A stretch of DNA of 57,959 bases, from NCBI GenBank assembly GCA_963727505.1, contig CAVSGP010000001.1, forward strand, positions 1 to 57,959, read 5' to 3'. This DNA comes from an uncultured Trueperaceae bacterium (lineage in GTDB: Bacteria; Deinococcota; Deinococci; Deinococcales; Trueperaceae). Both the position numbers and the translations under genes were made by a program. Below are positions 46,392-56,524 of the stretch, piece by piece (the first letter of the stretch is position 1; each line of letters opens with the position of its first letter). A model generated the notes under the pieces. That model saw only the letters and a program-made list of their open reading frames with translations. It was not told where the DNA came from and made no database searches.

Positions 46392-47156
46392 TCAGGCCGC
46401 CGTGTTCCCCCCGTCCACGGGCAGCGCCACACCGGTGACGAAGCTCGCGGCGTCGCTGGCCAGGAAGGCGATCGCCTCGGCCACCTCTTCGGGCCGGCCC
46501 ACGCGCCCCAGCGGCAGCGCGCTGCCGATCGCGGCCAGCTCCGCGCTCGGGTCGTCGTTCTCGAAGTAGCCTGCATCGCGCCAGCGTTCGACGTAGGTGT
46601 CGCCGGGGCACACCGCGTTCACACGGATGTTCTCGCCGGCGTGGTCGAGCGCCATCGCGCGGGTGAGCTGCACCACGGCACCCTTGCTGGCGCAGTAGGC
46701 GGCGGCCCGCCTCCCGCCGACGAGCCCGAAGTCCGAGGCGTTGTTGACGATGACGCCGCCCCCGCGACTGCGTAGCTCGGGCAGCACCAGGCGGCTCATC
46801 CGCCACAGCGCGGTGACGTTGAGATCGAACACCCGCGCCCAGGCGTCCTCACCGGTCTCCTCGGCCGTTCCCTGCAGCACCACGCCGGCGTTGTTCACCA
46901 GGATGTCGAGGCCCCCCAGGGCGTCGCTCGCCCGCCGCACCGCCGCCGCGCAGTCCTCCTCGCGCGTGTGGTCGGCCGTCAGGTAGACGGCGCCGATGTC
47001 GTCGGCGAGCGCTCGGCCGAGGTGCTCGCGGCGTCCGGTGAACGCCACCTGCGCGCCTTCGCGCGCGAACAGGCGCACCGTCGCCTGGCCGATGCCGCTG
47101 GTGCCGCCGGTGATGAGGGCGGCCTTGCCGTCGAGGGGGCGCGCTGTGCGGGTCAT
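46392..47156 (-). CDS. SDR family oxidoreductase
   Basis: TGGTSGIG, NNAG, YCASK; TATACT 5 nt before ATG suggests a leaderless gene. Confidence 0.95.
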   Translation of the reverse strand: MTRTARPLDGKAALITGGTSGIGQATVRLFAREGAQVAFTGRREHLGRALADDIGAVYLTADHTREEDCAAAVRRASDALGGLDILVNNAGVVLQGTAEETGEDAWARVFDLNVTALWRMSRLVLPELRSRGGGVIVNNASDFGLVGGRRAAAYCASKGAVVQLTRAMALDHAGENIRVNAVCPGDTYVERWRDAGYFENDDPSAELAAIGSALPLGRVGRPEEVAEAIAFLASDAASFVTGVALPVDGGNTAA

Positions 47157-47211
47157 TCATCAGTATAGACGCCGGGCACGGCATTCCGGCGCGCGACGTA
47201 GGATGGCAGGC

Positions 47212-48369
47212 ATGATCGACGACGCTTCCATCCATGACCTGCTCGAGCGCGCTCGCGAGGTCGAGCCCACCTACCTCGAGGATCTCGAGGCGCTGGTACG
47301 CATCGAGACGCCGAGCGGCCACCTTCCGGGGCTCGAGCGCGCCGCCGCCTGGATGGCCGACGCCTTCGCGGCGGTGGGAACGGTCTCGCGGGAGGCTACC
47401 CCGGCGGGGCCGCTGCTCAGCGTGCAGGTGCCTGGGCACGGCGCCAAGGTACTGATGCTGGCGCATTACGACACGGTGCAGCCGGTCGGTTCCTGGCCCG
47501 AGCTGTGGCGGCTCGACGGCGACCGCATCTACGGGCCCGGCACCAACGACATGAAGGGCGGCCTACTGTTCGCGCTGCACGCCCTGAAGTTGCTCGAGCT
47601 CCGGGACCGCCCCCGCGTGGAGATCCTGCTCACCCCTGATGAGGAGGTGGGCAGCGAGGCGAGCCGCCCGCGCATGGAGGCCGCCGCGCGGGAGGCGGAC
47701 GCCGTGCTGGTGCTGGAGGCGCCCACCAACGAGGGCGACCCGAAGGTGGCCCGCAAGGGTGGAGGCCAGTACCGCGTCACCGTGCACGGCCGTGCCGCCC
47801 ACCAGGGGGTCGAGCCGGAGAAGGGCGTGAACGCCGTCCTGGAGGCCGCGCACCAGATCCTTGCGCTGGAGGCGATCAGCGATCTGGAGAAGGGCTCGCG
47901 GCTGGGCGCCAACGTGATCCACGGTGGGACGGTCGTCAACGTCGTGGCCGACCGGGTCGAGATCGAGGTGGACGCGCGGGCCTGGACGTTGGACGAGGGA
48001 ACGCGCCTGGACGCCGCACTGCACGCTCTGAAGCCCGTACTGGCCGGTTCGCGGCTCGAGGTCGCCGGCGCGTTCGCGCGCCCGCCGATGGAGGCCCTTC
48101 CCGGCAACCTGGCGCTGTTCGAACGGGTGAGGAAGATCGCAGCGGCGCTGGGGGAGGATCTCGCCCCCGGCCGGGTAGGTGGCGCTTCCGACGGCAACTT
48201 CACTGCCGCCCTGGGGATCGCTACCCTGGACGGCCTGGGGCCCGTCGGTTTCGCCGACCACACTCGTGAGGAGCACATCCTGCGCTCGAAGATCCCCGGG
48301 CGGCTCGCTCTGCTGGCGGGGCTGCTCGCAGACCTGGCGGGGACGGAACGCGGCCCCAACAGCGCCTGA
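47212..48369 (+). CDS. M20 family metallopeptidase (glutamate carboxypeptidase-like)
   Basis: AHYDTV, DMKGG, DEEVGS, AHQG, GGASDGN, DHTREE. Confidence 0.92.
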   Translation: MIDDASIHDLLERAREVEPTYLEDLEALVRIETPSGHLPGLERAAAWMADAFAAVGTVSREATPAGPLLSVQVPGHGAKVLMLAHYDTVQPVGSWPELWRLDGDRIYGPGTNDMKGGLLFALHALKLLELRDRPRVEILLTPDEEVGSEASRPRMEAAAREADAVLVLEAPTNEGDPKVARKGGGQYRVTVHGRAAHQGVEPEKGVNAVLEAAHQILALEAISDLEKGSRLGANVIHGGTVVNVVADRVEIEVDARAWTLDEGTRLDAALHALKPVLAGSRLEVAGAFARPPMEALPGNLALFERVRKIAAALGEDLAPGRVGGASDGNFTAALGIATLDGLGPVGFADHTREEHILRSKIPGRLALLAGLLADLAGTERGPNSA

Positions 48370-48427
48370 GCGGGGTCCCGCGCCGGCGACGCTCCCGGCA
48401 TTCCCGGATGGGCACTCCCCAACAAGG

Positions 48428-48465
48428 AAAGAGTGAGGGCGCGCCGGAGCGCGCCCCTTCTCTTC
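48428..48465. terminator. Hairpin between convergent genes
   Basis: GGGCGCGC-CGGA-GCGCGCCC core, followed by pyrimidine-rich tails on both strands. Confidence 0.55.
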
Positions 48466-48611
48466 GACCTGCTGCCCCCCACGATTTCAACTGAAACGAT
48501 ACGCCTTTGGGGACGCGTTGCGTCAATAATCGGAGCAAGGTTCGTGCACCCCCGGTTCCGGTGCGAGGGGCGGGACGGGCAGGGCCAGAGCGCGCGTCCG
48601 GACAGCGGCGG

Positions 48612-49214
48612 TCAGGTGTCGCGCCGGGGCGCCAGGGCGACCGCACGCGTCGGGTCCATGATCAGGGCGCGATAGATGCGCCCCATCTCTTCCGGCGAGT
48701 ACGGCATGTCGTGCGTGAGCCACCACTCGATCAGCGCCATGAACGACCGGATGATGTGCTGTGCGGCGATCTCCAGCGGAACGACGCTGTCGGGGCGGTC
48801 GGTGAAGCTGTGGTCGATGGCCTGGACGCCGACCTCGAGGGCGCGCGCGAGCAGATCGACCGAGCGTTGGCTCGCCAGCAGCACGCGGTAGAGCGGGGCG
48901 TGCGCCTTGGCGTGGCGGAACACCGTGGCACCGGTGCGGGCGGGGTCGTCGTCCGCCGACACGGGCTCGAGCCGCTCCATGAGCCCATCGAGGACCTCCT
49001 CGAGGAGGTCGCGCAGCAGCGCCTCCTTGTCGGGGTAGTGGCGGAAGAAGGTGGCGTAGCCGATGTCCGCTCGGTCGGTGAGATCACGGATGGTCACCGC
49101 GTCGTAGCCGCGCTCCAGCGTCAACTCGATCATCGCCCGACCGAGCCGGCGGCGCGTCCGCTGGACGCGCAGGTCCTGCCGGGGGCGGCTGTCGGTCCGG
49201 TTCGCCATCACCAC
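48612..49214 (-). CDS. TetR/AcrR family regulator
   Basis: DLRVQRTR, ADIGYATFFRHYPDKEAL, WWLTHDMPYSPEEM; TATACT just upstream; start codon uncertain (GTG 49214 or ATG 49208). Confidence 0.93.
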   Translation of the reverse strand: MVMANRTDSRPRQDLRVQRTRRRLGRAMIELTLERGYDAVTIRDLTDRADIGYATFFRHYPDKEALLRDLLEEVLDGLMERLEPVSADDDPARTGATVFRHAKAHAPLYRVLLASQRSVDLLARALEVGVQAIDHSFTDRPDSVVPLEIAAQHIIRSFMALIEWWLTHDMPYSPEEMGRIYRALIMDPTRAVALAPRRDT

Positions 49215-49309
49215 GGCGAGTATAGCGGCCCGCCGAACCACGCCGCCGCCGTTCGGCAGGGCCTTCAGCGGCCCGCGTGCCGTGAGCGGCGTCTTCCTGC
49301 GCTCTGTAA

Positions 49310-49346
49310 TGAGCCACCCTGTTTCACACGCGACACTCTATATCAT
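49310..49346 (+). promoter_or_regulatory. Putative tandem TetR operators and -10 box of the P450 gene
   Basis: TGAGCCACCCTGTTTCA and CGCGACACTCTATATCA (imperfect TGAnnCA-N3-TGnnTCA); TATCAT 5 nt before ATG 49352. Confidence 0.45.
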
Positions 49347-49351
49347 AAGTC

Positions 49352-50596
<1,245 letters not shown>

Positions 50597-50631
50597 TCGA
50601 GGCCCGAGCGCACCGCCGGTCGTGATGGGGC

Positions 50632-50677
50632 TTGACGATTCTCATCGACGGTATTATTATCATTCTCGATAATGATA
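50632..50677 (+). promoter_or_regulatory. Sigma70 promoter with overlapping palindromic operator
   Basis: TTGACG-17 nt-TATTAT; TATCATTCTCGATAATGATA (50658-50677) is a near-perfect palindrome. Confidence 0.75.
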
Positions 50678-50700
50678 CTGGCCGTGAGAGAGTCCTCCCG

Positions 50701-51273
50701 ATGAAGGAATCGAAGGCGGACCTGATCTTGCATCCCGTGCGCGTCCGGATCATCGGCTTGCTGGCGGGTGGGCGGCACCTGAGCGCGCGGCAGATGGTCG
50801 AACGCCTGGGCAGCGTCCCGCAGCCATCGTTGTATCGCCACCTGAAGAAGCTCGTGAAGGGAGGGGTCCTGGCGGTCGAGGACGAACGTCGTGTGCGGGG
50901 AGCCGTGGAGCGCGTGTACGGGCTTGCGCAGGGACGAGCGAAGCTGACGGCGGAAGACCTCGCCGAGGCCAGCCGCGACGATCACATGCGCTACTTCATG
51001 ACGTTCGTCGCGAGTCTGCTCGACGAGTTCGCGAGCTATCTCGAACAGCAGGACGTCGACCTGTTCAAGGACGGCGTGGGCTACGGGCAGGTGCCGTTGT
51101 ACCTGAGCGAACGCGAGTTCGACGACGTCGCCGGGCAGATCCGGGACGTCCTCACGCGTGCCGCCGCCAACGAGCCGACCGCCGAGCGCCGACGGCGAAC
51201 GTTCTCGACGATCGTCATGCCGGAGCCGGAGATGGGAAGAGCGCAGGAAGAGGAGTCGGGATCGCCCCTGTAG
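50701..51273 (+). CDS. ArsR-like helix-turn-helix protein
   Basis: LILHPVRVRII, VPQPSLYRHL, RVRGAVERVY. Confidence 0.88.
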   Translation: MKESKADLILHPVRVRIIGLLAGGRHLSARQMVERLGSVPQPSLYRHLKKLVKGGVLAVEDERRVRGAVERVYGLAQGRAKLTAEDLAEASRDDHMRYFMTFVASLLDEFASYLEQQDVDLFKDGVGYGQVPLYLSEREFDDVAGQIRDVLTRAAANEPTAERRRRTFSTIVMPEPEMGRAQEEESGSPL

Positions 51274-51295
51274 GTCCATGAGGAGGCACGTTGCC

Positions 51296-51616
51296 ATGCT
51301 GGTCGTCACGACCGAGAACATTCCTGGGTACGCCATCGAGAACGTCGTGGGTCAGGCCTTCGGCGTCATCGTTCGAAGCCGAGGGATCGGCGGGAACATC
51401 ACGGCCGCGCTGCGGAGCCTGGGCGGCGGCGAGATCAAGGAGTACACCGAGATGCTGGAGGACGCCCGCAAGGCGGCCATCGATCGCCTGGTCCAGAACG
51501 CGCACGCCATGGGCGCCAACGCCGTGGTGATGATGCGCTTCGACTCCAGTGAGATCGGACAGTCGATGTCCGAGGTGGTGGCCTACGGCACGGCCGTCGT
51601 GGTCCACGAGGGCTAG
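51296..51616 (+). CDS. YbjQ (UPF0145) family protein
   Basis: VTTENIPG, GGEIKEYT, GANAVVMMRFD, AYGTAV; GAGGAGG RBS. Confidence 0.93.
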   Translation: MLVVTTENIPGYAIENVVGQAFGVIVRSRGIGGNITAALRSLGGGEIKEYTEMLEDARKAAIDRLVQNAHAMGANAVVMMRFDSSEIGQSMSEVVAYGTAVVVHEG

Positions 51617-51619
51617 GCC

Positions 51620-51862
51620 GTGCTGAGGTTCGTGGTCTCGTACTTCGCCATCGAGGTGGTGGTGATCGTGGTCGCGGTCGCCGCCACCCTGTGGGCGCGA
51701 AGGCGGCGCCTGCGCGCCCGCGACCGGCGCTCGTTGGAGGGTTTCGTCAGGACCGAGGAGGCGTTCATCGACCCCACCACGGGGATCCGCCAGCGCGTGT
51801 GGTTCAACCCGCGCACCGGCGAGCGGCGCTACGAGGCGGGGGACGGGGCCGACGCGGGCTAG
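51620..51862 (+). CDS. Small membrane-anchored hypothetical protein
   Basis: N-terminal TM then GFVRTEEAFIDPTTG...VWFNPRTGERRY. Confidence 0.75.
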   Translation: MLRFVVSYFAIEVVVIVVAVAATLWARRRRLRARDRRSLEGFVRTEEAFIDPTTGIRQRVWFNPRTGERRYEAGDGADAG

Positions 51863-51905
51863 GCATCGCCCGCCTCCTGGCGGGCCGCAGTTGCGGTGGC
51901 GCCCG

Positions 51906-52142
51906 TCAGGCGCCCACGCGCTGCACCTCGACGTAGACCCCCTCGTCGTCGACCACCACCTGCTCGCGCAGCGTCTCGTAGCGCCCGAAGTCGACCAGGG
52001 CGTTGGCGAAGCCTTGCGCGGAACGCAGGTCGTGGAAGGGGCCCACGCGGCAGTCGGCTTCGCCCTCCCAACGATCGGGCGGCAGGACGGGGGTGCTGGT
52101 GCTGGCGGTGGCGGTGCGTGGAGCTTCCTGGGGCACGATCAT
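51906..52142 (-). CDS. Small hypothetical protein
   Basis: AAGGAGG RBS, 78 aa, typical GC codon pattern. Confidence 0.65.
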   Translation of the reverse strand: MIVPQEAPRTATASTSTPVLPPDRWEGEADCRVGPFHDLRSAQGFANALVDFGRYETLREQVVVDDEGVYVEVQRVGA

Positions 52143-52224
52143 GCGCAGCCTCCTTCCGCACGCGGGGCGTGCGATGGGTCCCTTCCATCCTCCGCCCGCG
52201 GCGTTGGACGGCCGTGAGGCCCGG

Positions 52225-52276
52225 CTGAGATTTGCGCCTGAGCTGAGCGCCTGAGCTGGGCGCCTGAGATGAGCGG
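52225..52276. repeat. 13-bp tandem repeat x4 in a divergent intergenic region
   Basis: CTGAGATTTGCGC CTGAGCTGAGCGC CTGAGCTGGGCGC CTGAGATGAGCGG. Confidence 0.85.
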
Positions 52277-52381
52277 TGCGAGGGGACGGTAGGCTGGGCC
52301 GACCCCGCGGGTCGGGCAGGGTGGGGCCGGCGGGGAGCAGCGGGCACCCCGGCCGTCGGCCCCGCCAGTGAGGAGGCAGGC

Positions 52382-53140
52382 ATGGACTTCCAAGGCAAGC
52401 GCGTGCTGGTTACGGGCGGCGCCCGCGGCATCGGGCGCGCCATCGCGCAGGCGTTCGCTGAGCGCGGCGCGCGCGTGGCGATCGGCTACCACGAGAACGC
52501 GGCGGCGGCGGAGGCGACGCTGGCATCGCTCGCCGGTGAGGGGCACGCCGCGCTGGGCGGCGACCTCTCCGAGCCCGCCACCGCACGCCGTGTCGTGGAG
52601 AGCGCCGTCGAAGCGCTCGGTGCGCTCGACGTGCTGGTGAACTGCGCCGGCATCGGGCTCCACCACCCGCTCGACACGGTCGACTACGGGGCTTGGCAGG
52701 ACGCCTGGCAGCGCATCCTGGCTGTGAACCTGCTGGCTCCCGCCAACACCAGCTACGTCGCGGCCCGGCACATGATCGAGCGTGGTGGGGGCCGCATCGT
52801 CAACGTCGGCTCGCGCGGCGCCTTCCGGGGCGAGCCGGACCAGCCCGCCTACGGCGCCAGCAAGGCCGGCCTGCACGCCATGAGCCAGTCGCTGGCGCAG
52901 CACCTCGCACCGCACGGCATCGCGGTGGGGGTGGTGGCGCCCGGCTTCGTCGAGACCGACATGGCGAAGTCGCGGCTGGAGGGGACGGGGGGTGACGCCA
53001 TCCGGGCACAGAGCCCGCTGGGCCGCGTCGCGCAACCGGAGGAGGTCGCCCATGCGGTGCTGTATCTCGCTTCGGAGGAGGCCTTCTTCTCGACCGGCGC
53101 CATCCTCGATGTGAACGGGGCGTCCTACCTGCGGAGCTGA
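52382..53140 (+). CDS. SDR family oxidoreductase
   Basis: TGGARGIG, VNCAG, YGASK; GAGGAGG RBS. Confidence 0.95.
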   Translation: MDFQGKRVLVTGGARGIGRAIAQAFAERGARVAIGYHENAAAAEATLASLAGEGHAALGGDLSEPATARRVVESAVEALGALDVLVNCAGIGLHHPLDTVDYGAWQDAWQRILAVNLLAPANTSYVAARHMIERGGGRIVNVGSRGAFRGEPDQPAYGASKAGLHAMSQSLAQHLAPHGIAVGVVAPGFVETDMAKSRLEGTGGDAIRAQSPLGRVAQPEEVAHAVLYLASEEAFFSTGAILDVNGASYLRS

Positions 53141-53163
53141 GCGGACTCGTGTGCCGGACGCCG

Positions 53164-53228
53164 ACGGGGACATTTGGCCCTAAGCCACGTCCCGGCGGTT
53201 TTCTAACGTGGACATACGTATCCGAGTT
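53164..53228 (+). promoter_or_regulatory. nirK upstream region: DosR/NarL-like box plus a second imperfect palindrome
   Basis: GGGAC-ATTT-GGCCC-TAA (53167-53183); AACGTGGACA-TACG-TATCCGAGTT (53205-53228). Confidence 0.45.
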
Positions 53229-53263
53229 TATGACTCCACGCCGCACCAGGAGGGACCGACAGC

Positions 53264-54421
53264 ATGGCCACACCCGATCGCCCTACCCCCGCCGAGCCCG
53301 CCGCTCACGACCCCACCGCTCACGACCCCGCCGCTCACGACCCCCAGCGCCCGACCGGCATGAGCCGCCGCGACCTGCTGCGGCGCAGCGGCATGCTGGT
53401 GGCCGCCGGCGTCGCCGCCTCCGCGGTCCGGAACAATCCCTTGCTGGCCTGGGCTGAGGGCGTCACCGGCGAGAATGCGGCCGCTCAGGCCGCCGTGGCC
53501 GGACTGCGCCTGGCCGCCGACCCTACCGACCTGCCCGCCCCCATCCGCCGCAGCACCCCCGAACACCACGACATCACCATCACCAGCGACGAGGTCGACG
53601 GCGAGATCGAGCCGGGCGTGCGCTTCAGCTACATGACCTTCGGGGGCCGCATCCCCGGCCCCATGATCCGCGTTCGTCAGGGGGATACGGTCACCCTCAC
53701 CCTGAAGCACGGCAAGGGCTTCCTGCCGCACAACATCGACCTCCACGCCGTCTACGGGCCGGGCGGCGGGGCCGGCGCCACGCTGGTGGGGCCGGGCGAG
53801 AGCAAGACCTTCACCTTCCAGGCGCGGTACCCCGGCGCCTTCATCTACCACTGCGCGGTGGCGGGGGTGCTCGACTACCACATCAGCGCCGGCATGTTCG
53901 GCATGATCCTGGTGGAGCCGCCCGAGGGCCTTCCCCCCGTCGACCGCGAGTTCTACCTCGGTCAGCACGAGGTCTACACCACGCTGCCGGCCGGAACCAA
54001 GGGCGACCACGCCTTCGACTACGACAAGATGGCGGCCGAGGACCCCAGCTACGTGCTCCTCAATGGTGAGAAGTACGCCCTCACAGACGGGGTGCGCGGC
54101 GCCATGAAGGCCAAGGTCGGTGAGACGGTGCGCGTCTTCTTCGTCAACGGCGGCCCCAACCTCACCAGCAGCTTCCACCCCATCGGCAACGTCTGGACCA
54201 GGGCGTGGCGCGACGGCGCCGTGCTCGGCGAGCCCGCCCGCTACGTGCAGACGCAGACCGTGGCCCCCGGCAGTTGCGCCGTGCTGGAGATGGAGCTTCC
54301 CGTACCGGGCGAGGTGAAGATCGTCGACCACGCCCTCAGCCGGGTCGCGCGCAAGGGCATGCTGGGCGTCGTCCAGGTCGAGGGGCCGGAACGACCCGCC
54401 ATCTTCCGCGAGGGGGCGTAG
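53264..54421 (+). CDS. nirK: Copper-containing nitrite reductase with Tat signal
   Basis: SRRDLL Tat motif; Cu ligands HNIDLH, YHCA, DYH..AGM; SSFHPIG; VDHAL. Confidence 0.95.
   Translation: MATPDRPTPAEPAAHDPTAHDPAAHDPQRPTGMSRRDLLRRSGMLVAAGVAASAVRNNPLLAWAEGVTGENAAAQAAVAGLRLAADPTDLPAPIRRSTPEHHDITITSDEVDGEIEPGVRFSYMTFGGRIPGPMIRVRQGDTVTLTLKHGKGFLPHNIDLHAVYGPGGGAGATLVGPGESKTFTFQARYPGAFIYHCAVAGVLDYHISAGMFGMILVEPPEGLPPVDREFYLGQHEVYTTLPAGTKGDHAFDYDKMAAEDPSYVLLNGEKYALTDGVRGAMKAKVGETVRVFFVNGGPNLTSSFHPIGNVWTRAWRDGAVLGEPARYVQTQTVAPGSCAVLEMELPVPGEVKIVDHALSRVARKGMLGVVQVEGPERPAIFREGA
53301..53345 (+). repeat. 15-bp tandem repeat x3 (AHDP[T/A])
   Basis: CCGCTCACGACCCCN units upstream of the Tat motif. Confidence 0.9.
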
Positions 54422-54479
54422 CGGGCACGCCGGCGACGTCGCGCCCTGGGGACGGGGCCCGACGTGGGACGCGTCGCCG

Positions 54480-55655
54480 TCACGTCAGCGGGCGGCGGGC
54501 GGCCCGCAGCACCCGCGCCAGCAGCGCCAACGAGGCCAGCTCTAGCGCGACCGAGAACGCCACCAGCCAGGCGGCTCCCAGCTCGAACAGCCCTCCCATC
54601 GCCAGGCTCCCCAGCATCCAGGCGGCGCCGAAGGCGGTGTCGAACAGGCCGTAGGCGGTGCCGCGCCGTTCGGGCGGGCTGAGGTCGGCGACCGCCGCGC
54701 GCATCAGGCTCTCCTGCAGCCCCAGTGCCGCGCCCCACAGCACGGCGCCCAGCACGAGCAGCGGGGCGCTATGCGGAAGGAACAGCAACGGTGCGCTCGG
54801 CAGCGTCAGCAGCGGCAGCGCCGCGACCACCCGCAGGCCGAAGCGGTCGTAGAGGGTGCCCACCAGGTAGGCGGCGCCGGCGTCCACGCCCATCGCCAGC
54901 GCGAACAACAGCGGGATGGCGGCCGGCGGAAGCACCCCTTCGGTGCCGAAGCGCCAGGCGATCAGCGCGAAGTGCGCGAAACCGGCGACCGACACCGCCG
55001 CGAACGCCAGGTAGCGCCAGTACAACGGCGAGAAGCCGCGGGCGTCGAGAGTGCGGCCCCGCTGCTGCCGCTCCCCTTCGGGCTCGAGCCGCCGTGCGCG
55101 CCGCAGCACCGCCAGCGCGACCAGCGCCGGCGCCAGCAGGACCGCGAAGCCCAGCCGGTACCCCGACAGCGCCACCGCCCCGGCCACCACCAGTGGGCCC
55201 AGGACCGCGCCGATCTGGTCGAGCAGTTCGTGGAGCCCGAAGGCGCGCCCGCGCCCGAGCTCGTGGCTGGCGCTGGCGAGCAGGGCGTCGCGCGCGGGGG
55301 TGCGCAGGCCCTTGCCCAACCGCTCGGCGAACACCAGGCCTGCGGCCGGCGCGACCGCGCCGGTGAGCGCCAGGGCCGGCACCGCCAGCAGGTTGATGGC
55401 GTATCCCGCGATGACGACCGTCCAGTGGTGACCGCGGCGGTCGACGAAGCCGCCGGAGACCAGACGCAGCGCATAGCCGAGGAACTCGCCCACCCCCGCT
55501 ACCACGCCGACCACCAGCGGCGTCGCGCCCAGCACGCCCAGGTAGGGCCCCACGATGCTGCGGCCGCCCTCGTAGGTGAAGTCCGCGAACAGGCTCACCA
55601 CGCCGATGCCGATGACGAAGCGCCAGGCCAGGTCGCGGCCGGTGGAGCGGTTCAT
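54480..55655 (-). CDS. MFS transporter
   Basis: SLFADFTYEG, ERLGKGLRTPARDALL, GRAFGLHELLDQIGA; about 12 TM. Confidence 0.92.
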   Translation of the reverse strand: MNRSTGRDLAWRFVIGIGVVSLFADFTYEGGRSIVGPYLGVLGATPLVVGVVAGVGEFLGYALRLVSGGFVDRRGHHWTVVIAGYAINLLAVPALALTGAVAPAAGLVFAERLGKGLRTPARDALLASASHELGRGRAFGLHELLDQIGAVLGPLVVAGAVALSGYRLGFAVLLAPALVALAVLRRARRLEPEGERQQRGRTLDARGFSPLYWRYLAFAAVSVAGFAHFALIAWRFGTEGVLPPAAIPLLFALAMGVDAGAAYLVGTLYDRFGLRVVAALPLLTLPSAPLLFLPHSAPLLVLGAVLWGAALGLQESLMRAAVADLSPPERRGTAYGLFDTAFGAAWMLGSLAMGGLFELGAAWLVAFSVALELASLALLARVLRAARRPLT

Positions 55656-55685
55656 GGCGTGCCGGGGCGTGGGCGGCGGTGGCCT

Positions 55686-56366
55686 TCAGCCGCCCGCGCC
55701 CGCCCCCTTCTCCTCGTCCTTCGAGCCGTCGTCCTTCGAGCCGTCGTTCTTCGAGTCCTCGTTCTTCGAGCGCAGCACCAGCACGGTCACCATCACGCCC
55801 GCAAGCAGCGGAAGGCCCACCAGCCACAGCAACCACCGCACCACCGAGCGCGAGCCGCCGCGGGCCGGCGGGAAGGTGAAGTCGAGACTGCCGTTGGGTT
55901 GCGCTCCGCCCACCTGCAGCGTGACGCTGGCGCGGATGTCCTCCTTGGGGTAGGTGCGGTCGCGCACGGTGAGGGTGTAGCGCCCTGGCGGCGGAGCAGC
56001 CTCCAAGCGCGCCCTGTAGGTGCCGTAGGGCTCCGGGTACTCCTGGAACGTGAGCGGCGTCGGCGCGGCGCCGGGCTGCCCTGCGGGCTGGAGCGTCCCC
56101 TCGAGCTTGGCGCCCTCGACGGGGGCCTTGGACAGCGTCGCCAGGTCGACGGTGAGGATCAGCGGCGCGCCCGGGCTCGGGGGGTCGGGGTTGGCGGTGA
56201 CGGCCCCGAGGACCACCGTGCCGTGGGCGAAGGCGGCCGCGGGGACCAGGAAGGCAACGAGGGCCAGCAGGACGACGAGCTCAGACCCCGCGCGGCGGCG
56301 AGCGACGGTTCGCCCCCGAACTCGGGGGGGAAGCGCGGGCGAGCGCCGGCCTGCGCGGATGCGCAT
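55686..56366 (-). CDS. Exported FixH/YtkA-like protein with C-terminal membrane anchor
   Basis: Signal ending AFAHG, Ig-like GTYRA...PGRYTLTV, C-terminal TM, SKDDG repeats; start uncertain. Confidence 0.6.
   Translation of the reverse strand: MRIRAGRRSPALPPRVRGRTVARRRAGSELVVLLALVAFLVPAAAFAHGTVVLGAVTANPDPPSPGAPLILTVDLATLSKAPVEGAKLEGTLQPAGQPGAAPTPLTFQEYPEPYGTYRARLEAAPPPGRYTLTVRDRTYPKEDIRASVTLQVGGAQPNGSLDFTFPPARGGSRSVVRWLLWLVGLPLLAGVMVTVLVLRSKNEDSKNDGSKDDGSKDEEKGAGAGG
55714..55770 (-). repeat. Imperfect 15-bp repeat, about 4 copies (SKNED SKNDG SKDDG SKDEE)
   Basis: TCGTCCTTCGAGCCG-like units. Confidence 0.85.
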
Positions 56367-56524
56367 AGGCGGGCGGAGAAGGGGCAACTGGGACACGTCG
56401 GACTCCGTCTGGAGCGGGACTCGGACGTCGTGCCCGGGCTCCGCGGGGGGTGGCGCGACGATACCAGCCGCGCCCCACCGGGGTGGGGTTCGCGGGTCTC
56501 GTGGATGGTGCTAGGCTTCGCAGC

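Noticed and set aside
50658..50677. Canonical Fur box
   Set aside because: Only the half-sites match and the 20-bp symmetry differs from the 19-bp Fur box; autoregulation by the adjacent HTH protein is more parsimonious.
52225..52276. CRISPR array (also considered for the other short repeats)
   Set aside because: Units are 9-15 bp and contiguous with no unique spacers; no cas genes are present.
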